Of a stretch of DNA of 64,000 nt, positions 57,208 through 64,000 are shown piece after piece (the stretch's first letter is position 1; each line of letters starts with the position of its first letter). The DNA is from Pseudonocardiaceae bacterium (lineage in GTDB: Bacteria > Actinomycetota > Actinomycetes > Mycobacteriales > Pseudonocardiaceae), in NCBI GenBank assembly GCA_050700055.1, contig JBOHGE010000020.1, positions 11,770 to 75,769 of the forward strand, in the 5' to 3' direction. The notes under the pieces are model-generated. The model saw nothing but the letters and a program-made list of their open reading frames with translations. It ran no database searches and was not told the origin of the DNA. The translations under genes and the position numbers were made by a program.

Positions 57208-58080
57208 TCAGGCCGCCATGGCCGACCGGTTGCTCAACGCACGCGTGACGAAAGTGTGTACGACGTGCCGCTTGTACTCCGCGCTACCGCGAACGTCGGT
57301 CTTGGGTTTGGATGCCTCAGCAGCCAACCGGGCCGCCTGCTCGATCGTGCTGGCGTTCAGCGTCTTACCGGTGAGCGCCTGCTCGGCCGCCGTGCACTGG
57401 ATGTTGCTCGACCCGACACCGGTGAGCGCGAGCCCGGCCCGATTGATCGTGCCACCGGACATCTCCAGAGCGACCGCCAAGCCGACCGTCGCGAAGTCCC
57501 CCACCCTGCGCTCGAGCTTGAGATAGGTGCCGACCCGGGTGCCTCTCGCTGCCGGCACTCGCGCCTCGACGGCGATCTCGTCTGGCTGTAGCGAGTTCTG
57601 GAACGTCCCGACCACGAACTGGGATACCGGGATGACCCGCTCACCCTTGGCGCTCCGCGCAACGATCTCCCCGCCCATGGCCAACATCACCGAGGCCCAG
57701 TCGCCCTGCGGATCCGCGTGGCACAGCGAGCCGACCAGAGTTCCACGGCTACGGACCATCGGGTCGGAGATGAGTGGCGCACAGACCGTCATGGTGGGGT
57801 ACTTGCTTCTGAGCAGCTGAGACCGCTCCAGCGACCGGTGCCGGCACAGCGCACCGATGCGCAGTGAACCGTCCGCATCCTCCTCGTGGTAGCCGAGCCC
57901 GGGGATATTATTCATATCGATAATGACCGCCGGCGCCGCGAAGCGGAGCTTGATCAGTGGAATGAGGCTCTGCCCACCTGCGAGCAGCTTCGCCTCGTCA
58001 CCGTATGTCTGCAGAAGGCTGAACGCTTCATCAAGCGAACGTGGCGCCTCATAATGGAAACGAGACGGATACATCCACAT
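57208..58080 (-). CDS. coxM: CO dehydrogenase medium FAD-binding subunit
   Basis: AKLLAGGQSLIPLIKLR is the FAD-binding motif. The M-S-L gene order is present. Confidence 0.9.
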   Translation of the reverse strand: MWMYPSRFHYEAPRSLDEAFSLLQTYGDEAKLLAGGQSLIPLIKLRFAAPAVIIDMNNIPGLGYHEEDADGSLRIGALCRHRSLERSQLLRSKYPTMTVCAPLISDPMVRSRGTLVGSLCHADPQGDWASVMLAMGGEIVARSAKGERVIPVSQFVVGTFQNSLQPDEIAVEARVPAARGTRVGTYLKLERRVGDFATVGLAVALEMSGGTINRAGLALTGVGSSNIQCTAAEQALTGKTLNASTIEQAARLAAEASKPKTDVRGSAEYKRHVVHTFVTRALSNRSAMAA

Positions 58081-58198
58081 CCTCCTAGTCCTGAACGGTC
58101 ACGGAAAATTTGCGCGAGAGAGTAACCGCTCCGCGGAATCCGTTATCCGGACCCGCGAAGAACGATTGAGTGGGATAAGTGGTCGAGCGTCTTCGGTA

Positions 58199-58552
58199 CT
58201 AGGAGTCGAGCAGCCCAAGACCTTGACGCGGAGAGGGGGAGTCGTCCACCGGAGCGTCCGGCCACGTGCGGTCCTGGGTCGGGGGGGTGGGCCTGGTCTG
58301 CGGCTGGGGACGTTGCGGCTCTGGGCGCTGGGGCTCGACCACCGCCACCGGAAGGCTCTCTTCCTCGGGGTTCGGTCGCGGTCGCTGATGCGGCGGCCAC
58401 GGACCGGGTACCGGTTGACCAGCCACTCTCAGCCAGTCCACCACCTCCGGCCAAGCCCAGATCGTTGGACTCTTGCCAACCTTGGGAGCGTTCTCGATCA
58501 GCTCATAGATCCGGGGGTTGCCTCGACTGTGGCCGTCGGACTCGATCGCCAT
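58199..58552 (-). CDS. hypothetical Pro-rich protein
   Basis: 117-aa ORF upstream of coxM. The first ~45 aa look globular and the rest is Pro/Gln/Arg-rich. Confidence 0.3.
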   Translation of the reverse strand: MAIESDGHSRGNPRIYELIENAPKVGKSPTIWAWPEVVDWLRVAGQPVPGPWPPHQRPRPNPEEESLPVAVVEPQRPEPQRPQPQTRPTPPTQDRTWPDAPVDDSPSPRQGLGLLDS

Positions 58553-58772
58553 CGTGTGCCCCTCTCGCTCCGGTGCCGGCTTCGGTCATGTCTTAGGGTT
58601 GCCTGAGCAAAGCGTCCGTTACCTGTGACGCGGAGCACTAGTCCACACGGATGAGCAGGACGTGTCAAGAGGATCTACGCGCCCCGAAAGTGCGAGTGAT
58701 CGAGCAGAAGAGTCACAGCGTGTGGCCCGTGTCGATAGTTGTTTAACAGTCCGAGTTGCGAGACCATGAGGC

Positions 58773-59714
58773 ATGGCTGTGGCACCTCCGTTGGTCCTGC
58801 GCGAGGGAGACCGCGGTCGCCTGGAGGCGTTGGCGCGGTCTACGTCGGTGCGGGCGAGCGTGGCGCTGCGAGCACGGATCGTGCTGATGTCCGCGGAGGG
58901 TCTGACGAACACGGAGATCGCCCGCCGGACCGGTTCCACTCGGCCCACGGTGATCAACTGGCGCAACCGGTATACCGCCGGGGGAATCAGCGCACTCGGA
59001 GATCTGCCTCGGCCGGGCCGACCAGTTGTGGTCGACGAGCTCGCCGTGGTGGCCACCACGCTCGCCGACGGCGGGCGGCCACCAGCGCACCTGGGCGTGG
59101 AGCACTGGTCGTCCCGCCTGCTGGGCGAGCATCTCGGTATCTCGTTCGGCACTGTTGCCCGGATCTGGCGTAAGTGGGGCATCGAGCCTGAGCACGTCGG
59201 AACGTTCACGTTCGCAACCGACCTCACGCGACAGGCCCAGGTCCGCGACCTCAGCGGGCTGTACCGCAACCTGTCCAGACGAGCTGCGGCGTTACCTCGA
59301 CCAGCCGCCGGCAGCGCCACCGAGGGACAATCCGCAGATCACGCCGACCCCTGGCACAAGCTGGTTGAGGTCTCCCTCGGCATCATCACGCATCAGGCCA
59401 TCCGCCGGGGAACTTTTGCCTCGGTACGCAATCTCCTCGACGCCTTGGGCGCCCTCACCGACGGGTGGCAGGACCGCCACGAACCTTCCCTGCGACCGGG
59501 AGCCGGTACAACTGTCGTCACCCAGGGCAACCGTCAAACTACTTCTTACACGACCGATGAGCAGGCCGAGAGAGATTCCTCCGTGGTGAAAAGTGGTCTC
59601 GAACGGGTTACCGGCCCACCGTCCGGCCGGCACCGGGACTCGATGGCCGTACGCGCGGAGTTCCACGGGCGTCGCGGACGTCGGTCCGGACCGACGAACG
59701 GAGCGGGCGGCTAG
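58773..59714 (+). mobile_element. IS630-family transposase remnant with an internal deletion of the DDE core
   Basis: The N-terminal HTH part is intact (RARIVLMSAEGLTNTEIARRTGSTRPTVINWRNRY...LPRPGRP...HWSSRLL...VARIWRKWGIEP). The sequence jumps after GLYRN to the C-terminal WHKLVEVSLGIITHQAIRRGTFASV. About 170 aa of catalytic domain are absent. Confidence 0.7.
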
Positions 59715-59793
59715 GCCCGGATCGACCCGATCCCCGACGGTTCCACACCGCCGAGGGAGGCCGGCTCCCGGCGGGGCGGCCTAACCTTTCGCC

Positions 59794-60591
59794 ATGTCGA
59801 TCCCTGCGCCAGCCACCGAGCCCGACCCACCTCAGCCGCACCCTGTGGACCCGCTGCGAGCGGTCATCTTCGACGTGGACGGCACCCTGGCCGACACCGA
59901 ACGAGACGGTCATCGGGTGGCATTCAACGATGCTTTCGCGGCAGCCGGACTGAATTACCGCTGGAGCGTCACAGAATACGGCGAACTGCTCGCCACCACC
60001 GGCGGTCGCCGTCGCATCGAACGCTATCTCCGAGCCAAGGGACATTCTCCCACCGAGGCTACTGTGCTGGCGGCCGAACTGCACCAGGATAAAACCCGCC
60101 GCTTTACCGCACTGGTCCGCACCGGCGCAATGAAACCCCGACCCGGAGCGTCGGAGTTGATCAGTGCGCTGCGGGCCGAAGACGTGGTCACCGCGGTCGC
60201 CACCACCGGAACCAGCGACTGGGTGCTGCCGTTGCTCGACATACTTTTCGGGCTCGATGCATTCGACATCGTGGTCACCGGGTCGGACGTTACCGAGCTC
60301 AAGCCGGATCCCGCCGTCTACCGGGAGGCGTTGGCCCGGTTGGGGCTCGGCCCCGCCGGCACGATAGCGGTGGAGGACTCGGCCAACGGAGTGCAGGCCG
60401 CGATCGCCGCCGGGCTGCGGTGCGTGGCGGTGATCAACGGTTACACCCGCGACCACGACCTGTCCGGTGCCGTGGCGGTACTCGACGACCTGGCCCGCCC
60501 GGGTGGGGTAGCGGTGCTGCACGGCGACCCTCAGCTGGCCGGCGGGCTGACCGTCGCGGCGCTGCGCAGGCTTGTCAGGGTGGTGGCGTAA
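59794..60591 (+). CDS. HAD-IA family hydrolase (CbbY-like)
   Basis: VIFDVDGTLADTE, the later VATTGTS, and the C-terminal VEDSANGVQAA. Confidence 0.8.
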   Translation: MSIPAPATEPDPPQPHPVDPLRAVIFDVDGTLADTERDGHRVAFNDAFAAAGLNYRWSVTEYGELLATTGGRRRIERYLRAKGHSPTEATVLAAELHQDKTRRFTALVRTGAMKPRPGASELISALRAEDVVTAVATTGTSDWVLPLLDILFGLDAFDIVVTGSDVTELKPDPAVYREALARLGLGPAGTIAVEDSANGVQAAIAAGLRCVAVINGYTRDHDLSGAVAVLDDLARPGGVAVLHGDPQLAGGLTVAALRRLVRVVA

Positions 60592-60612
60592 CGTCGGATT
60601 CGCGATCGACCA

Positions 60613-61992
60613 ATGCGCTTTCGAGGAGGTGCGTGCGCCGTGTCCGGACCGGTTCGGGTGGCGGTGATCGGATCCGGCCCTTCCGGGCTGTACGCCGCCG
60701 ATGAGCTGAGCAAGCACGACGGGGTGTCGGTGGATGTCCTGGATCGGCTGCCGTGCCCGTACGGGCTGCTGCGCTACGGCGTGGCGCCGGACCACCTGAA
60801 GATGAAATCACTGGAGATCACCCTGCGCAAGATCCTGGAGCGGCCCGGGGTCCGGTTCCTGGGTGGGATCGAACTGGGTGTCGGGGTAAGCGTGGCGCAG
60901 CTGCGCGAGCATTACGACGCAGTGGTCTATGCGACCGGGGCATCGGTGGATCGCCGGCTGTGCATCCCTGGTGAGGACCTGCCCGGCAGCTTCTCCGCAA
61001 CCCAGTTCGTGGCCTGGTACTGCGGGCACCCGGATGCCGAGGTGGACGCATTCACACTGGACAGCCGCAGCGCGGTGATAGTCGGGGTAGGCAACGTCGC
61101 CGTGGACGTGGCCCGGGTCCTGGCCAAGACCGCTGAAGAGCTGCATGCCACGGATATGCCCGAGCATGTGCTGAAGGTCTTGGACGCCAGCGCCGTGCAC
61201 GACATCCACATTGTGGGCCGGCGCGGGCCGGCCCAAGCCAAGTTCACCACCAAAGAGCTGCGTGAGCTGGGCGAGCTGGCCAATGCCGACGTGGTGGTCG
61301 ATCCTGCCGAGCTGCTGCTCGATGCGGCCGGTGAGCAGGCCAGGCAGACCAACAAGACGGTGCGGCGCAATCTCGAGACGCTGCAGGAGTGGTCCACCCG
61401 GCCGGTGCAGGGTCGGCCGCGGCGGATCCATCTGCGTTTCCTGCTCGCCCCGATAGCCGTGCAGGGAGTTGGGCACGTGCAAGGGGTGGTGTGCGAGCGC
61501 AACGCGCTGGACGGCTGCGGCGGTGTCATCGGCACCGGTGCGACGGTGATCCTGGAAGCGCAGCTGCTACTGCGCTCGGTCGGGTATCGCGGTCTGCCCC
61601 TGCCCGGCGTTCCGTTCGAGGAGCGATCTGGAGTGATCCCGCACGTGGCCGGCCGGGTACAACGCGCCGGCTCGGTGGCCACCGGCGAGTACGTGGTCGG
61701 CTGGATCAAGCGCGGTCCTACCGGGGTGATCGGCACCAACAAGGGCGATGCCAAAGAGACCGTCGAGCACCTCCTCGCCGACCTTGACACCCTGCCCCGG
61801 GCTCGCCACCGTGATCCGGACGCAATCATCGCCGAACTCGCTCAGGGTGATGTCGACGTGGTCACCTGGGCTGGCTGGGAAGCCATCGACGCTGCCGAGC
61901 AAGCGCTTGGAGTCACGGCAGGGCGCACCCGCATCAAGATCGCCGATCGCGAGGCTCTGCGCACCGCCGCCGCTAAGACCCTGCTGTACTGA
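60613..61992 (+). CDS. fprA: FprA-type ferredoxin-NADP(+) reductase (adrenodoxin-reductase-like)
   Basis: VAVIGSGPSGLYAA, LLRYGVAPDH and VIVGVGNVAVDVARVL. The exact start is uncertain. Confidence 0.8.
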   Translation: MRFRGGACAVSGPVRVAVIGSGPSGLYAADELSKHDGVSVDVLDRLPCPYGLLRYGVAPDHLKMKSLEITLRKILERPGVRFLGGIELGVGVSVAQLREHYDAVVYATGASVDRRLCIPGEDLPGSFSATQFVAWYCGHPDAEVDAFTLDSRSAVIVGVGNVAVDVARVLAKTAEELHATDMPEHVLKVLDASAVHDIHIVGRRGPAQAKFTTKELRELGELANADVVVDPAELLLDAAGEQARQTNKTVRRNLETLQEWSTRPVQGRPRRIHLRFLLAPIAVQGVGHVQGVVCERNALDGCGGVIGTGATVILEAQLLLRSVGYRGLPLPGVPFEERSGVIPHVAGRVQRAGSVATGEYVVGWIKRGPTGVIGTNKGDAKETVEHLLADLDTLPRARHRDPDAIIAELAQGDVDVVTWAGWEAIDAAEQALGVTAGRTRIKIADREALRTAAAKTLLY

Positions 61993-62176
61993 CTCACCAC
62001 CAGACCAGTACGAGTCATCGGAACACCCCCACCTGGTGATCGTCATCGAATACCCCAACCTGGTGATCGGCAAACGCGCGACTGACCCGGATGGGTGGCT
62101 TCAGCCGCGCCACGCCGCCGGGGGACTACGGTGCGAAAACGAAGCGTTCGGAGAAGACCGCGGAAAGGAGCCCACT

Positions 62177-62614
62177 GTGTTGCGTCGCATTGCCCGTCCA
62201 CTGCTCGCCGCTGTGTCCGTCGCCGACGGGGTGGAAACCCTGATCAACCCGAAGCCGAGGATCGAGGCGGCTACCCCACTGCTGGCAAAAAGCCAGGGGA
62301 TACTGCCTACGGGGCAGCCCGTCGATCCAGGTTTGATCGTACAAGCCGGGGCTGCGGTGAAGGTCGGTGCCGGGCTGATGATGGCGCTCGGGTGGGCGCC
62401 TCGGATCGCTGCGACGGTCCTGGCTGTGGAGTTGATCCCCAGCACGCTGGCCCAGCACCCCTTCTGGTCCGGCGGCTACCCCGACGCCCGTAAGGCCCAT
62501 CAGCAGCACTTCCTCAAAAATGCCGGCCTGCTGGGAGGACTGCTGCTGGCGATCACCGCCGGCAAGCCCGCTTCGGGCAAGCGCCGCAAGAAGAAGGCAC
62601 GCAAGCGCCGCTGA
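62177..62614 (+). CDS. DoxX-family membrane protein with a Lys/Arg-rich tail
   Basis: AAGGAG lies 6 nt before GTG 62177. The remainder of the long ORF upstream is non-coding-like. Confidence 0.6.
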   Translation: MLRRIARPLLAAVSVADGVETLINPKPRIEAATPLLAKSQGILPTGQPVDPGLIVQAGAAVKVGAGLMMALGWAPRIAATVLAVELIPSTLAQHPFWSGGYPDARKAHQQHFLKNAGLLGGLLLAITAGKPASGKRRKKKARKRR

Positions 62615-62640
62615 GCGCAAGTCCGTAGTCGCGACACCAG

Positions 62641-62685
62641 CACCTGTTCCGGTACGTCCAGGGGGCGCTAGTACCGGAACAGGTG
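62641..62685 (+). terminator. 15-bp perfect hairpin after the DoxX gene
   Basis: cacctgttccggtac-15 nt-gtaccggaacaggtg. Confidence 0.55.
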
Positions 62686-62887
62686 GCGCGCGCTGCCCGG
62701 CAGGCTGAAGCCGTATGGCGTATGGTGTTACTACCCGCGTGACCGCTAGACGGCGCCCCGCTACTGCTGTACAATAATGCCCCGCTGCTGCTATACATGA
62801 AGTGACTTCTGGTGCACTGATAGCCCCGGCGTGGGTCTGCCGGGCCTATATGAGATTCTCCGCGCGAAGCCAGCACTGGGAGGATCT

Positions 62888-63457
62888 GTGTCCAGCAACG
62901 TCCGTCGCCACCGCAAGCCGTCCCAAGGTCCCTGGCGTCAGGTCCTTGTGCCCGCATTGCTGGGAGTCACGATCGGAGCGGGCACTGTGGCGATCGCCAC
63001 GTCCGCGTTCGGCGCACCGAATCCGCCAGCCGCCACACAGCCTGCCCCATCGGCCGCTGCTCCGGTTAACCCCCCGGTGGCCAACCCTCCGGTGCAACCC
63101 GCCGAGACCGTGCCCTCGATCGAGCCGATCGCATTCGCCGGCCCGGCCACCGACACCTCTGGCCTGTCCCTGACGGTGCTACGGCCAGAGAAGATCCCGG
63201 GCGGAGTGCGACTCACCATCGCGCTGACCAACCCCACCGACGCCCCGATCGTCGTGAACACCACCGAGTTGGGGCCACACAACCCGACTTTCGACGGCGC
63301 AACGGTGCCGATGACTATGAGCCCGGCGCGGAAGCGGCTGGTGCCGGGTGAGGGTTACACCTATCAGTGCGTGATCAAGCTGCCGACGATGGACGTCGGG
63401 CAGCTCGAGTTCGTCGTCGGCCCGGTCACCGTCACCGGTCAGGCCGCTGGCGACTGA
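62888..63457 (+). CDS. membrane-anchored/secreted hypothetical protein
   Basis: gggagga lies before GTG 62888. It has an N-terminal TM or signal segment VLVPALLGVTIGAGTVAIATSAFGA, a Pro-rich linker and a beta-rich domain. Confidence 0.55.
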   Translation: MSSNVRRHRKPSQGPWRQVLVPALLGVTIGAGTVAIATSAFGAPNPPAATQPAPSAAAPVNPPVANPPVQPAETVPSIEPIAFAGPATDTSGLSLTVLRPEKIPGGVRLTIALTNPTDAPIVVNTTELGPHNPTFDGATVPMTMSPARKRLVPGEGYTYQCVIKLPTMDVGQLEFVVGPVTVTGQAAGD

Positions 63458-63472
63458 GCCAGGCCAAGCAGG

Positions 63473-64000
63473 TCAGTGCCGAACTGCGCGATTCGCTGAG
63501 GCCGTTCGCATCGCGGGGACCTTGACCACCTGCTCCAGGCTGGTCTTCGGCTCGATCACCCGAGACTCCGTGACGATCGCGGTGACCAGATCGGCCGGGG
63601 TGACGTCGAAAGCGGGGTTCAGCGCGGTGGACTCGGTCGGCGTCATCCGCCAGCCACCCACCAGCAGCACCTCGTCGGGGTCCCGGTACTCGATGGTCAC
63701 CGCGGCGCCAGTAGGCATATCCGGATCAAGCGTGGCAGCCGGGGCCGCTACCACGAAGGGGATACCTGCCCGGGCCGCAGCCAGCGCCAGCGGGTAGGTA
63801 CCCACCTTGTTCACCACGTCGTAGTTGGCGGCGACCCGATCCGCTCCGACGATGACCGCGTCCACTCGCCCGCTGGCGATGAGCCCCGGGCCAGCAGCGT
63901 CGACCACAACCTGGTGCGGCACCCCTAGCCGGGCCAGCTCGAACGCGGTGATCCGCGAACCCTGCAGCAGCGGGCGGGTCTCGCCGACCACCACCATCCG
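63473..64000 (-). CDS. mtnA: S-methyl-5-thioribose-1-phosphate isomerase, 3' part (gene runs off the window)
   Basis: VIVGADRVAANYDVVNKVGTYPLALAA...PFVVAAP...NPAFDVTP is the eIF2B-like MtnA signature. Confidence 0.85.
   Translation of the reverse strand, partial: RMVVVGETRPLLQGSRITAFELARLGVPHQVVVDAAGPGLIASGRVDAVIVGADRVAANYDVVNKVGTYPLALAAARAGIPFVVAAPAATLDPDMPTGAAVTIEYRDPDEVLLVGGWRMTPTESTALNPAFDVTPADLVTAIVTESRVIEPKTSLEQVVKVPAMRTASANRAVRH

Noticed and set aside
58619-59320. 233-aa minus ORF over the IS630 remnant
   Set aside because: Arg/Ser/Pro-rich shadow frame. The plus frame has the IS630 HTH and C-terminal motifs.

Overview
High-G+C actinobacterial chromosomal segment. I found no rRNA, no intact tRNA and no CRISPR array. 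All calls come from reading the sequence and ORF translations by eye, with no database search. Family names are motif-level recognitions, and G+C remarks are visual impressions.

(1) 1-11 kb is an AT-richer accessory, defence-type island. It holds a HEPN-like ORF at the window edge and four type II toxin-antitoxin pairs. In all four pairs the toxin gene is broken (three 1-nt frameshifts, one in-frame stop plus truncation) while the antitoxin is intact. It also holds an IS30-like remnant and a CHAP-type amidase protein with a GNRAV-type N-terminal leader. Its last element is a tightly coupled three-gene operon at 7796-10783 (minus strand): a small HEPN-like helical protein, a ParA/MinD-like ATPase whose Walker A reads KGGVGR, and a second P-loop NTPase. 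This operon is my best candidate for an undescribed conflict or defence system.

(2) 11-21 kb: a frameshifted secreted beta-propeller gene, an NYN-LOTUS protein, and a glycosylation locus. The locus contains a GT2-GtrA fusion, a PMT-family mannosyltransferase and two convergent paralogous polytopic membrane proteins.

(3) 21-34 kb: a lytic transglycosylase and an atypical pst phosphate-transport operon. pstC and pstA are separated from pstB by about 8 kb encoding PstS-like and other secreted proteins, plus a sortase-fold protein that lacks the catalytic Cys and His.

(4) 34-44 kb: a CYTH-CHAD protein, a 40-bp perfect inverted repeat, a SigB/F-type partner-switching module and a poly-HAMP hybrid histidine kinase.

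(5) 44-47 kb: cytochrome P450, a lone HicB-like gene and sodA.

(6) 47-58 kb: an AT-richer form-I CO-dehydrogenase island (coxMSL, an XdhC-YHS fusion, coxG, coxD/E-like genes). It contains an unexplained array of five small single-pass membrane paralogs plus a small DUF1059-like Cys/His-containing protein, and an IS630 remnant sits beside it.

(7) 59-64 kb: housekeeping genes (HAD hydrolase, FprA-like reductase, DoxX, partial mtnA).
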